A DNA stretch of 64,000 nucleotides from the human T2T-CHM13v2.0 reference genome, Homo sapiens, in NCBI RefSeq assembly GCF_009914755.1, contig NC_060931.1. One strand, written 5' to 3'. Positions 25,641 through 47,020 of the stretch are shown here, piece by piece. The translations under genes and the position numbers were made by a program. The stretch's first letter is position 1. The number at the start of each line of letters is the position of its first letter. The notes under the pieces were generated by a model, which worked only from the letters and a program-made list of their open reading frames with translations, was not told the origin of the DNA and made no database searches.

Positions 25641-27672
25641 ATGCATCACTTTAATCTATGCCTGTCACCCAGCCCTCCCATGAAGCATTCAATGCAGAAG
25701 CAGCCCCAGCACCTAGCGTTTGTCAGCACATGCATGTTGCGCTCTCTGCCAAGTGGCAAACGAAGGAGAATGTGTAGGTTTGGCTATCCTGCCACTTTGT
25801 CATGAAGCTCTTATTTAAGCCACCAGCTGTCATAATTTTCCTGCTAGTGCGAGCACACTGAGAGCTATGCTTCCCGTCCTGCACTGTGTAGGGAGGCATT
25901 TCTTCACCTCTTTGCAGAGATGTTCAGCCCATGATCTTACGTAACATTGCACCCACGCCCTCCACCCACATAAGGATTATGCAATTGCGTGTAGGATTCC
26001 TTGCGGTGTTTTCTGGAAATATGAGCCTCTTCAGAAAATGCATCCACGTAGTTTTGACGAAAGAGGATTTTCTGACCTGTGCTGATGAATGTTCTGTCTT
26101 TATATATAATTTTGCCTTGGAGAACTTGTCTGGTTTGAAGTCAACTGAAGGTTAAGGGCATATTTATCTACAAATAAGATTATATCCTTCATACTTATTC
26201 AGTTTTATTCAATTCCGAAGTCATTCCAAAAATCAAAGATGGCTTTAGCAGTATTTTATATCCTCTTTTATACTGCACTATATATTACAATTCTCTATTA
26301 TTTAACATGGTTCAAGAGTGGAGGGGTTGGCTGATGGAATATAACTACAATTCTAAATTTTTGATTTATGTTTTTGGATATGGTGGCTTTTGATGCCAAT
26401 CCATGGCCTCCTTCCCAGAATTATAATTTGATCTTTTTAGTGAGTTTATAGGCTACATTTATCAAGGAGAAGAAATAAAAGGAATGGTTCTCTATTCCTG
26501 GCTTCCCAAATATTTAGCATTTAGGAAGGCTCCCAGCTGACACCTCTCCTGTGTTACTTTCTGCATCAGGCTTGTCCAGGCATGTTGGATGGACAGAGAA
26601 TGTAGGCTGCCAGGATATTCACATCTCATGAGGAGTGTGGCGCCTCCTAGAAGGAGCTCATCCTGGGCGTTGAGGGTGGCTGCGTAGGAGAAGCTCAAGG
26701 ATCAGCGGGTCTCTCATTATCTTGGGTGGGGGATTTGTGGCCTCACACTGTGTCGAGCAGATTGTGACCTCCTCCAGGCCTTCAGAGACTCCTGTGGTTC
26801 CGGCAGGTCCAAGAAGGAGCAGCACTGAGCCATATCACCCTGGGTTTTTCTTAGTTAAGGCCTCAGGGAGGAGTTCATTTACAATGGATTTTGAAGTTGT
26901 AAAGGAAGGCCTTAGTCATAGGGGCAACTGTCAGCACCACCAGCCAGACATAGTATTGTAGTATCGCTGGCAGCGACGAGGGACAGATAGCTGAAGAAAA
27001 GGGACCTAGGGATGCCACCAGGTATGAAGGAAGCACTAATTTGTGTAGTCCAGGAAGAACTTCCTTGCGGGGGTCCCAGAACCATCAGTTTCTTGGAGTT
27101 CCTTAAGGTAATGGGATAGAGGCAGGAGCATTCTCACTCACCACTATAGTTGGACATTATTTTTACTTACAGGCTACTGTAGCCTAGGAAACCTCAGTTA
27201 TGTAACAAACATATTCTCCAGAAATATTTTCTGAGACCTTCAAGAATCTGCAGATTCATGATGATGGAAATTTGGGTACAGGCTTCTCAATTTCTCCAGA
27301 ATAAATATTTCAGGAGAGAGGCTTCTGCAACCTTGCATGACAACATTCACAACAAAAGTTCAATGTCCCTTGAATTGGCAAATCATCACCCACAAACAAC
27401 AGACACTAACACAGCTGTTTTTACTCCAAAGAGCATCTGCATCATGCTTACTGAGTCAGAAACACCATAGCTGAGTGGAGATGGGGCTGCTGGAGGTGAT
27501 GGTGTGTCCTCTCCAGCCAAAAGCTTCCCCTGGTGTGCTCAGTAGAATTACACCTTCCTTCTTGTTGCAGCCTTCTGGGCTATTTTTTAAATTAAAAAGT
27601 AGAATGAAATATCAGATCTGTGAATGCCATAGGGCTACTGTATTCCATTTTCTAATATGATTATATGATTTC

Positions 27673-27975
<303 letters not shown>

Positions 27976-29130
27976 TCTTTTGTTATTGATTGAAACAACA
28001 GCAAAGATGGGAATGAGAGTGTTAGGGAGGACATAGCAAAGTAAGGAGGAATGCTGATACTATGGAGGAATAGCTCCTTCCCACACTCTAGATTAAACAT
28101 TCACCCCAGGGAACAGATCTGTCAAATGCAGGCACCCCTGGAATGTTTACTCCTCTGTAGATGTTACTTTTGTTTTTCAAATTAATCACTTGAGCATCAC
28201 ATGCCTTTTGGCAGAAGTCAACTCTCTTCATTTTGAGGACCCCATCGCTGTTCAATGATCCAAGAATCCCACGGGCTAAATGGGGTGGGAGGTCAGTCCT
28301 CACTCGGCACCAATCTCAGAGGGAGCTGTGCCCATCAGTGCTGTGACTGATTGCTGCCGACTGTGGACAAGTCGGGGTGCTCCAGAGCCCATGTGTGCCG
28401 GGCCCCCAGAGGCAGGCCGATTCCAGCTGGCCGCAGGGCTTCTTTGGGGGATGCCTGGGGAAGGTGCTTGCCTTTACATGTCCCAGGTAATAACTCTTTC
28501 TAGTAACCTTCAGAGCCCCTTCCCAGGGCACATACCAGACCCCAGGGCATCAGGGGACACGGTTGGGGTACTGGGTAGATTCTTGGATTCTAAAGCAGAG
28601 GAGTCCAAGTCCACCTCTCATTCTACCCGCAGCTCTGCTCCCACCAAGGCAAGGCAATGGATTGAAGCTGTGCAAAGCACAGCCGGCCTTGCATGGTCAC
28701 CCCTCTGGGGCCAAAGCCACCTGCTTGTCCGACATTTGCATAACTAACAAAAGTACTTAAGTGATTCTGGGAAGAATGAGGTGAATCCAATTCTTAGTGG
28801 CTCTATGCCTCTGCCTGAACCCAGGTGCAGCTGGCCCCCTCTCTAAAGAAAAGAAAATAGCAAACCTGCTTGCAGACAGAGGCTCATCCACACCAGAGGG
28901 GCAGTGACCTCCCTTCATTGCTTAAGTATAAGGGTGGCAGCAGGACTTAACCTGGTATGAGGGGAGCAACGCGGTGCCAGGGCCTCAGGGAAGATGATCA
29001 GGGCCTGCGTAGCTGCAGGGTAAGTGATGAGAGGGAAGCCAGGCTGCCAGCTCCAGAAACTAAAAAGAAGAGGAGGTGATGGTGAGAACTTACTTACTCT
29101 ATCTGTACTCAACTGTGTGTGTGTGGTTTT

Positions 29131-29441
29131 ATTTTTTGCTTTTTTTTTTTTTTTTTTGAGATGGAATCTTGCTCCATTGCCCAGGCAAGAGTGCAGTGGC
29201 ACAATCTCGGCTCACGGTAACCTCTGCCTCCTGGGTTCAAGCGGTTCTCCTGCCTCAGCCTCTTGAATATCTGGGACTACAGGTGCATGCCACCACACTC
29301 AGCTAATTTTGGTATTTTTAGTAGAGATGAGGGTTTCACCATGTTGGCCAGGCTGGCCTCGAACACCTGACCTCAAGTGATCCACCTGCCTCGGCCTTCC
29401 AAAGTGCTGGGATTAACAGGCGTGAGCCACCGCACCTGGCT
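29131..29441 (-). mobile_element. AluS
   Basis: Full reverse dimer; TSD tgtactcaactgt. Confidence 0.95.
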
Positions 29442-29719
29442 TGTACTCAACTGTTTTTATTTCACTTATTGACACAAACACATTCTACCAACAGGCGAAG
29501 AAGGAAGGACTGGATGGAAAAGGAATAAAGTTGCCTTATTCTCCCCTTTCCTTCTATGTCATTATTTTCACTGTTAGGTGGCTAGCTAATACATAACTAT
29601 CTTAGCAAATGTAAATCAGCAGATGTTTCAAAAAAGGTGAAACTCATGGCTTCTACACTTCTCAGTGGGGGGATGGGTCTTCTGGGTCATCCTAGTTACT
29701 TTACTGCCAAGGGACTGTG

Positions 29720-29749
29720 GGTGTATGGGTGGGTATGTGGTATGTGCGT

Positions 29750-29785
<36 letters not shown>
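29720..29785. repeat. (TG)n microsatellite
   Basis: Seen directly. Confidence 0.95.
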
Positions 29786-29786
<1 letters not shown>

Positions 29787-30785
29787 GCTCCCATCACAGC
29801 AAGTAGTTGGAGTAGGAGGAGTGGTTTGAGTGGATATTGGTCAAGGTCACTGATAAAAAGAGCAAAGTGATACAAAGGTTCAGCATGGGCCTGTTAGTGT
29901 GGGAGGTGACTAAATGTTTATTTTTACATGTAAATGATCAACCTATCTACTTTAGTCACACCTGGTAAATGTGTGTGTGTGTATGTGTTGCATAAGAGCT
30001 TGAGGAGTTGATTTGAGAGGGCAGTGAGACATGGATTATCCTTCTACAAAATATAATCTCTGTATAGAGTTTGAAGAGATTACAGGGAAAGCTCACTAGG
30101 CCATGTTGTGAGTTCTAGAACCAGGAGGAATGGAAGCTCACCTCCCAGGTGGAGATGTGGCCTCTCTGCACTATAGGCAGTATGTGTTACTATACACCTA
30201 GCTAGGGATGAAACAAAGTGTGTCCAGCACCTGCCCCCACCACCCCTTGCCCTGGCCTATGCTGACTGTAAGATGGCTTGGCTCAGAATAGCAACTAATA
30301 CACACAAAAATGAGTCTGTTCCAATATTTATCATCCCAAACTGCATGCAAATATGCTAAAGAAGTATACTGGGATATTTCACTGTGGTTAGTTACTACAT
30401 ATAGAAAAGAGAATAAATAATCTAAAAATTCTGAATTCCCAACCAGTGAAGGATCTATTCTGGACACCTTTCACCTGGCAGCTCTAGTTGGTGAGAATAA
30501 ACAGAAGGATGATGTTTTGAGACCCAAGGAAAAAACCCCGAGGCCATTCAAAGCCACTTAGTTTAACCTGCCTGACCTGCCTAATACCAAAGAGGCAACT
30601 GGAGCAATGAGCTTATGGCCATAGAACGAAACAGTCTCTCGCATCCCCTAAGCCAGGCCAAAAAGTTACCCAGCAGTTTCACGATGTTTAGACCAATACT
30701 TCAGGCACTCATCATTTCCCATCTGGAGGATGGTGGCAGCCTCGCTGCCTCTTGTACCACCATTCAATCTGCCTCAGGATGGGTC

Positions 30786-31313
30786 TGTTACTGGAAAGGG
30801 GTCCTGAACCAGACCCCAGGGAAGGTTTCTTGGATCTTGTGCAAGCAAGAATTCAGGGTGAGTCCGTAAAGTGAAAGCAAATTTATCAAGAAAGTAATGA
30901 ATAAAAGAATGGCTACTCCATAGGCGGAGCAGCCCCGAAGGCCCATTTTTAGGGTTATTTCTTGATGGTACGCTAAACAAGGGGTGGGTTATTCATGCAG
31001 CCCCTTTTTAGACCATATAGGGTAACTTCCTAACATTGCCATGGCATTTGTAAACTGTCATGGTGCTGGTGGGAGTGTAGCAGTGAGGATGACCACAGGT
31101 CACCATCTTGGTTTTCGTGGGTTTTAGCCCACTTCTTTACTGCAGCCTGTTTCATCAGCAAGGTCTTTATGACCTGTATCTCGTGGCGACCTCCTATCTC
31201 ATCCTGTGACTAAAAATGCCTTAACCTCCTGGAAATCCAGCCCAGCAGGTCTTAGCCTTATTTTCCCAGCCCCTATTCAAGATGGAGTCTCTCTGGTTCA
31301 CATGCCTATGACA
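30786..31313 (-). mobile_element. MER41A solo LTR (ERV1)
   Basis: TG...CA termini, MER41 ends, 4-bp TSD ggtc/ggcc; lacks the MER41B tandem-GAS segment. Confidence 0.88.
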
Positions 31314-32135
31314 GGCCTACTAAACACAAGTCTGACCTTTTGTTACCAGCCAGCATCACTATCCTCACATGCCTTAGGATTCTTCAGTGGCTCCCACTGC
31401 CTGAAAAAGTCAAGTTTAAACATACATGTATAACATTTTTGACCCTGTATAAATTTGGCTTTTCTTTTATCCTCCTGTTTTTCAGAGAAAATGGATAGCC
31501 CAGACAAAGGTTTCAGCTAGCCTGGTCATTAAGTGCTAGGATTTATGTGGGTCTTAGGAGACAGGATTTTAGCAGGGAAGCCACTCCAATTTTTACCTGT
31601 TGAAATTATTTAAATATTTTAATGCTCTGTGTGAACAAAACCAAATTTATCTGCAGGGCCAATAAGCTCAGAGGCTGCCAGTTTTTACCCTTTAGAAGAG
31701 GATCATGCTGACAACTAACATTTCTTGATTAAGAGTTTATTGTTCTTCTAAACACAAGTCAAAGAGCACTCTATCCCAAGAATAGAAGAATATGTGTTCT
31801 TTTCAAGTGGACATAAAATATTTGTCAAGATAAAAAATATTATGGGCCATAAGAGAAGTCTCAAAAAACATAAACAAATTAAAGTCATACAAAGTATTAC
31901 TCCGGCCACAATGGAATTAAATTACAAATCAATACAAAATCAATATCTGGAAAATCCCAAATATTTGGAAACAAAATATCACACATCTAAAAAACCCAAG
32001 TGTTACAGGAAAGGAGTTCTGATCCAGACCCCAACAGACGGTTGTCGTATTTCACATGAGAAAGAATTTAGGGTGAGTCCACAGTGCAAAGTAAAAGCAA
32101 GGTTTAAGAAAGTAAAGTGGTGAAAGTACAGCTTA

Positions 32136-32518
<383 letters not shown>

Positions 32519-32570
32519 TCATATATATATACAATAGGCAGATGTGCTCTGCTTCAAGGGTTTGTGATAA

Positions 32571-32923
<353 letters not shown>

Positions 32924-33765
32924 TGATATTATTATCTTTAAAGCAAAATTAGGAATGTCTTTGTTCTCAAGATATTAGGATATTAGGATACTCCCAAGTC
33001 TGGGTCTGTTTGGTAAACATTATCATTTTGTTCCCTTAACCATAAACATCTAGAGGCTGGGAATACCTAACTTTCTGGGAATGTAGCCCTGCGAGTCCCA
33101 GCCTCATTTTCCTAGCCCTCGCTCAAGATGGAGTCACTCAGGTTCCAATGCCTCTGACACAAGGAACAAATAGGAAGTCAAAAGGGAAATGAGAAACTAT
33201 TTTGGATTGAATGAGAATGAAAACACACTGTATACATTCTGTGGGATGCTGTTAAGGCAATATTTGAGGGAATCACACAGCACTAAAGACTTCTGTTAGA
33301 AAAGAAGTAAAGTCTTAAACCAGTGACCTCAGTTTCCACCATAAGAAACTAGAAAAAAAAGAAAGGCAAATTAAACCCAACCTAAGCATAAGGTAATAAA
33401 GATCAGAGCAGAAATAAATAAAATAGAAAACAGAGAAAACTTCAGAAAAAAACTCAATGACCTCAAACATTGTTTCTTGGAGAATATCAACAAAATTGGC
33501 AAACCTCTAGGCAGACTACTCAGGTGAAAAAAAAAGAAAAGATACAGATTACTAATATTAGGAATGAAAGTGATCAATCACTACAGATTCCACAGATATT
33601 AAGAGATAAAAGTAAACATCAATAACTTCATGCCAATAAAATTGATAATTTAGATAAAGTAGATTAATTTCATGAAAGACACAAATTGCCACGGCACACT
33701 TAGGAAGAAAAAACACCCTATTATCTATTGAAAACATTCAGTTTGAAGCTAAAAACCTTCCAACA

Positions 33766-34189
<424 letters not shown>

Positions 34190-34314
34190 CTAATTATTAA
34201 TGAGGTTGGCATTATCCTTACACCAAAAGCAGAAAAAGATATTACAAGGGGAATTTAAAGAAAACCACAAAACTCTACAATCAATGACCTTTGCGAACAT
34301 TAGTGTAAAAGGTC

Positions 34315-34940
<626 letters not shown>

Positions 34941-34944
34941 AAAG

Positions 34945-37740
<2,796 letters not shown>

Positions 37741-38520
37741 CCTATGAATTAAATTAAATGAAAATCAAAGGTTGATTTAATATTCAAAATGCAGTCACTG
37801 CATTTCATCATATTAATAAAATGTTAAAAACCATATGATCATCTCAATGCAGAAAAAATGTGCTAACATTCAAGCATCCATTGCTGATCAAACAAACACT
37901 CAGCAAATCAGAAATAGAAGTCTACTTACTCAAGTTCATAAAGGACATTGATGAAAAACCTACAGTTCACATCATACTCAATGGTGAATGAATACTTTCT
38001 CCCTAGAATTATGAACTAGGCAATGATATTTGTTACTAGGCAATGATATTTGCCTAGTAACAACTTCTACTTAACAGTATGGTGGAGATTATAGCCACTC
38101 CAATAAGACAGTAAAAAGACATAAAAGGTATCCATATTGAAAAGTAACATATAAGACTGCCTTTATTCATACACAGGGTATACACAACTGTTTATGTAAA
38201 AAAATCTGACAAACTCTACAAGAAAAGCTACCAGTTTTAGCAAAATTGCAGAAAACAAGATTAATATCAAAATTTAATTTTATTTCTATAATATAGCAAC
38301 AAACAAGAGAAAACTGAAATTCATAAGACAGTACTATTTAAAATAGCATAAGATATGATATATTAAGAGGTAGTAAATCTTACAGAAGATGTACACGACT
38401 TGAACACTGAAGGCTACAAAACATGTCTCAAGAGGAAATGAAGCAAGAGCCAAGTAAATGGAGACACACACCATGTTCAGGTCAGAAGACTAATATTACT
38501 AAAATGTCAATTTCCCCTCA

Positions 38521-39069
<549 letters not shown>

Positions 39070-39625
39070 AATAATGTTGGAGCTGACATTATCTGATCTC
39101 TAGACTTACCCTAAAGCTATAACCATCAAGAAATTTTGGTTAGCACACTGCACGAAGCATGCAATATTAGCATAAAGGTAGACAAATATATCAATGTCAC
39201 AAAATAAAGAATCCAGAAGTAATCCTACACTTATAAAAAAACTGATTTTCAACAAATGGACAATTCAGTAGGGAAAGGATAGATTTTCAACAAATGGTGT
39301 GGGAACAAGTGAATATTCCAAATGAAAAAAAATTGACTTTGATTCTAATTTGTACAACATATAAAATTTAATTCAAAACAGATTATAGGCCTAAAATTAT
39401 AAAGCTTCTAGAAGAAAACATAGAAGAAAAGTTTTATCACCTTGGATTAGACAAATATTTCTTAGATATGACACCAAAAATCCAATCCATAAAAAAGTTA
39501 TAAATTTGACTTTATCAACATTTAAAAAATTCTGCTCATTGAAAGACCCTGCAGGATGAAATCACAAGCCACAGACTGGGATAAAATATTGGCAGTTCAC
39601 ATATCTGATAAAGGACTTGTATTCA

Positions 39626-39627
<2 letters not shown>

Positions 39628-39656
<29 letters not shown>
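39628..39656. repeat. (TA)n microsatellite
   Basis: Seen directly. Confidence 0.95.
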
Positions 39657-39661
<5 letters not shown>

Positions 39662-40238
39662 CACAATACATATTATATATGTAATCATATTATATATGTA
39701 ATCTCAAAACTGTTTAATAAGCAGAAATACAACCCAGTAAAAACACAGGTAAAAGATTTGAAGAGACATTTAACAAAAGGATATACTGATTGATAATAAG
39801 CAATGAAACGATGTTCAAAATCTTGTTAGTTGTTAGGGTAAAGTAAATTAAAGACAACAAAATGCTACCACACACCTATTAGAATAGCGAATAATAGTGA
39901 GGCTGACCATATTAAGTGTTGGAGAGGTTGTGGAGGGACTACAACTATCATTCACTACTTGTGAGAATGTAAAATGATGCTACTTGGAGGACAGGTTGGA
40001 AGTTACTTCAATGTATTCAATATGCACTTACCATATGATCCAACATTCCACTGTTAGGTCTCTACCCATGAGAAAAGAAAGTATGTGTCTATACCCAGAC
40101 TTATAGACCAATGTTCCAAGTAGACTTATTTGTAATGGCCCCAAACTGGAAACAACACAAGCGTACAGCGGGCAAATGGCAAAACTAATTATGGTATGTA
40201 TATATGATGGATTACTACTTATCAATACACAAGAATTA

Positions 40239-40553
40239 GGCCAGGCACAGTGGCTCACGCCTATAATCTCAGCACTTCGGGAGGCTGAGGTGAAAGGATC
40301 ACTTGAGCCCAGGAGTTCAAGACCAGCCTGGGCAATATAGTGAGACCCTGTCTCCACAAAACAATAAAAAAATTAGCCAGGCATGCTAGTGTACCCCTGT
40401 AGGTCCTTGAGGCTTGGTGGGAGCCCCAACTTGGGGCTGAGGTTGGAGGATCACTTGAGCTCAGGAGTTAGAGGCTGCAGTGAGCTGTGATCTTGCCACT
40501 GCAATCCAGTATGGGTGACAGAGTGAGATGCTGTCTCAGTAAAAATAAATAAA
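40239..40553 (+). mobile_element. AluJ
   Basis: ggatcacttgagcccaggag diagnostics; TSD acaagaatta. Confidence 0.93.
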
Positions 40554-40852
40554 CAAGAATTAATTCTTTATATATGCAGCAACATAGAAGACCCTCCAAA
40601 TAGTTCTACTGAGTGAAGGTAACCAGATATGGAGAGTACATGCTGGATAATCCCATTTTATAAAACTCTAGAAAATGCAAATTAATCTCTAGTGGCAGAA
40701 AGCAGATGAGTGTTTGCCTGGGGACTGCAGGTTCAGGAGGGATTGTAGCAAAGGGTGGGGAGGGAGCAATTCAAAGGGTAATGGATTGGGCATGATCTTG
40801 ATTGCAGTGATGGTTTCATGGGTGTGAATGTATATCAAAACTTACCAACATA

Positions 40853-41215
<363 letters not shown>

Positions 41216-41998
41216 TCATTATATGTCAATTATACTTAAGTAAAACTGTTTTAAAAACACTCTATGAACTAAACCATATGTATCTGCAGGCCAAATATAT
41301 CCCAAGCCACCTGTTTTCAATATCTGGGAGAGCAGGGTGCTGGAGATAAAGATGTCCAGTTTAGAAGTTATTGTTCCTCTAACTATAAGTCAAATCGTGT
41401 AACCCCCAAATGAAAGAACATGCAGGAAGGCTGGCTCTAACCGAAGCATGCTCTTCCATTCCATCTGACCTCCCATCATATTCCTGGACTCACCTGAACA
41501 ATGATCCCTGGTACAGGGCTGATACCCTAGCTAAATACAAGCGTTAGGTTTAAACTACTTTTTAAAATATCTACTGTTTACTAAGGAAATCCACTGTTTA
41601 CTCTTTATTAAGGTTCTTATCAAAGTCCGGACAGCCCTCTGTGGTCTACACACCTCCTGTGAGCTCAGAGAGTTCCATTCCTTATCTCTTAGTTGGTACC
41701 AAGCTCACACTTCCTTTTGATTTTTCAGGTATGCTGTGCTTAGTATTTATCGCGCTATTCTTTTCATGCTATTTACTAAGAACGAACAGATCTGGGATTA
41801 GATCCAGGTGAGCTTCTTAGTGTCCCTGAGCTCCAGCGTCCTCAGTGTAAGATGAGGACAACACTCAAGGTGCACACAAAAATGGGAGGTGCAAAGGGGA
41901 GAGTTTCAGGCAGCGAGTGTGCATTCTTTAGTGATTAGTTGGACAAGTGGAATGCCTGGTGGTTTTCAAATCTTGTTATGTTTAAAAGTTTCATATGA

Positions 41999-42331
<333 letters not shown>

Positions 42332-42509
42332 TCATGCACCTTAGATGATATGGAGGAAAACAACTCAGTGGTTTGGAATTAGCGAAGCCCGAAGGTGAGG
42401 CACACTCTAACTCCTGACCTATGTTTCTTACCTGTCTTGTTGGGCTCTACCTCATAGGGGGTCTGTCTGGAGAGTACAGTCTACCAGTGTCCTATACCTC
42501 AGAATGCCT

Positions 42510-42897
42510 GTAAATGCGGGTAGGCACGATCCACTCCACTGACAGGCCGAATGAACAAAAAGGCAGAGGGAGGGCAAATTATCTCTCTCTCTGCTTAAGC
42601 TGGGACACCCATATTCTCTTTGCCTTGGACATCAGAGATCCTGGTTCTGGGGGCTTTGGACTCAAACTGACACTTAAACCATTGCCCCCCTTCTACCTTT
42701 TCTAAGGTTTTGGACTTGGACTGAAGCACACACCAGCTTTCCTGAGTCTGGCTTACAGACAGCACTTCTCAGCCTCCATAACCACAGGAGCCAGTATCTA
42801 TAATAAATCAATCTCTCCTACACATGTGCGTGCGCGCACACACACACACACACACACATCTTCTATCAGCTCTGTTTCTCTGGAGAACTCTAAAACA
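42510..42897 (+). mobile_element. MLT2 (ERVL) LTR, partial, with internal (CA)n
   Basis: aaaaaggcagaggga...ccttggacatcaga...ttctcagcctccataa...tgtttctctggagaac. Confidence 0.85.
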
Positions 42898-43459
42898 GCT
42901 GGTGACTTTGGCCATCACTGCATGAAGACACATAAGCAACGAGAAAACCCTTTTCTCATCTCTCCTTTAGTGGGTTCTTGCTCCTAAGGCCCATCTCTCC
43001 TCCCACCCAGGGCTTTGCTCCTCCAATTCTGCCCCAATATCCCCCCGCCCATCAACATATTTTCTCTTTGTGCTGGATCACTCTCATCAGCAAACCAAGA
43101 TGTTGGAATGGATTCCATCTTAATTATCCACTGGGGGCCCCCAGCCCCTCTGCATCTGCCAGAACCACCCTCCATGAAAGAGCTGCCCATGCCTGCTGCT
43201 TCCAGCGCCCACCTCCCCTTCTCTCTGGGGCCTTCTGCAGGCAGGCTCCCTGCCACAATCACCCGTGTCCTGCAAGTGGGCAAAGCAAATGCTGGTCAGT
43301 GCTTAGTCCTCTCCTTCTCTGCAGCCTTCTCTAAATGGCATGTGCTTAAAATGACACACATGTAACTCAGGCATTAAGGATAATATGAAGTAATACATTA
43401 CACTTTTAATAACACAAAGTTTTAAAAGAACTAAATATAACTTTAAGATAGTTTTTACA

Positions 43460-44500
<1,041 letters not shown>

Positions 44501-44840
44501 TGTAAAATTTTTAAAGCTGTTTACACTGTAACAAACAACATTCTAAGTGTTTTGAAAAACACCTTGACTAACTTAAAATTCTCAATTATTTTCAAAGTAA
44601 TTATTTCCTCCTCTATTTTACACATGAAGAAACTGGGAAGTTCAATAATTGTCAATGTTAAAGTGCACACAATTATTCCCAGGGTTGGAACTTCAGCCCC
44701 AGCACTCCACCTCAGCAGCCCACATATTTTTTTCCAAGCAGTGACTGTGTGTCAGGCTGGGACAGACTGCTGGGACCTCAAGGATGCAGTTCTGGGTAAA
44801 GGAAGGAAGATCTCTGACAAAGCTCTTTAAAAAGAGGTCA

Positions 44841-45160
<320 letters not shown>

Positions 45161-45799
45161 AACTCTAGATGATATCATTTAGGCTACACTTGTTCTCTTC
45201 ATATAACCTTCAGTTCCATTTCTGTCTAGATTTATTTTAAGGTAGGAGTTATCACCTAAAAAAAGCCATTGAATACAAAAAGTTTGAATTATAAGAAACT
45301 AAATGGAAAGCAATATTAAATAAGCAAAGCAGACATAGAGAAAAAAGAAAAAAGAGTCTGTTAGTGAACGCTATCCATTCCATACCATCCTTGGAAGTTG
45401 ATCACAATGAGAATGTTACAAATACCTTGTTAAGAAGTCTTGAAGCCTGTTAACAAGTGGAAAGTGAAGGTTGTGCTATCCAGCACTGTTCACTGGTGCA
45501 ACAATTCCTTGCCTTATTGTCTCTTACTGCAATACACACTAATGAATCCTCATAGTACTTTTTTTAAACATATGAAATGATTTAACATTTCATTAAATAT
45601 TAGTCCACAATTATAATTTTGCTTATGATTTCCATTATGAAACAGCTTTGAACAAGCAATTGTTTCCAGATAGACACAGTAAGTTTCAAGGAGGAAAGTG
45701 AATTGTGAGTATTAAGTGCAACTGGCCAGAGGTCTATACCAAGAGTAGCTATCAACAGATCTGAGATACCTAGCATAAGAGAACAGGTGTTCGTCAGTG

Positions 45800-47020
45800 T
45801 TTGGACCTGGGCCCAGTATTGCTTAACAGCTTTATCAATGACCTGGGTGAGATGGAATGGAAAGCATGCTTCATACATTTGCAGCTGACACAGAGCCAGA
45901 TGGAGACAAATACGGCTGCAGGAGAGATGTAATTCAAATCGACTTCAGCAAATATGGCTCCCACAATTCCGAAACATACATTGACTAGATTCATGGGTAG
46001 AGAACAGTTTAAGGGAAAGAGAGAATGATAACAAAAGAAAAAGTTTTCTGTTCTTCAGCAGTTTGCCAACTGACTGGGAACAATGGGCAAGAACACAGGC
46101 AAAAATGGTAGCCCAAGAAAGCAAGTGACGTCTGTGTGTACAGAGCTGACACTGATTGTTACCAGTGGCTTTACAGTGCTCAGAGATTCATGAAGTGACT
46201 GGGCTAATGGAGGGGGGTGGGGCAAGGTGTGGCCAGCTCAACAATGGAAATGAGCATCTTAAGGTTAATCTGGGAGGAGTGAATGGCACAGAGGGATATT
46301 CAGCAAAAATGGCATAATTTTCTCAATACCATGGAAAATAGATGACAAAAGCAAGCAAAAATCAATCATTCAATTATTTAAGGTCACGGAAAGTCAACGC
46401 CAATACAGATAAAAAGTAAAATTATAAATATAGAAAATGTTGAGCTAAGTGTAAGTAAAGGAGGAAAAGCCATAGATAGGAGTTATAATGTGTAGGAGAA
46501 CCCAAAATTTTGCATTACGAAATGGAAGAGAGGTGAAAATTTTGTCATTGGTGTGAGACAATCTTTATATGATATGCATTGTATTTCCTTTGAAAGCTAA
46601 ACAGGCAGGAAATGTAAATAAATACCTCATACTTATATGAATAAACTATGTGTGTAGGGGTGAGATCACCTTCTGTACATTTAAAATAGAGATACAATTC
46701 ACATATCATAAAAGTCACCCTTTTAAAGTCTTTCTTAGCCTATGTACGAGGTGGCAGAAAACCACTAAAATAATTAACAAACTGGATTTGTTTAACTTGG
46801 AGAGTAGAGAAGTATTGATCCAGAATGATGGAGAGTGTATTTTCAGAGTAGAACAAAGTTTTCCTGACTGTAAAGGTTGTTAAAGGAGGTAATGAAGGTT
46901 CCCTTTGAAAAGACTTTTGAAATTAAGATAAATTCTGATCTTTCTGGCAAGGTGTAAATGTGGTCTCACACGACGGTAAGACTGTGCCTTTAGATCTTAA
47001 GGCTTCGTGTATGTGTTATT
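45800..47020 (+). mobile_element. L3/CR1 LINE relic (fragmented)
   Basis: 45807 translates LGPVLLNSFINDLG, then after a frameshift HTFAADT and IQID, like CR1 RT LGPVLFNIFINDL / KFADDT / IQNDL. CR1-type 3' sequence at ~46780-46960. Confidence 0.7.

Noticed and set aside
28889-28906. CTCF-like caccagaggggcag (also gcgcctcctag near 26640)
   Set aside because: Spacing or core mismatches make these poor matches.
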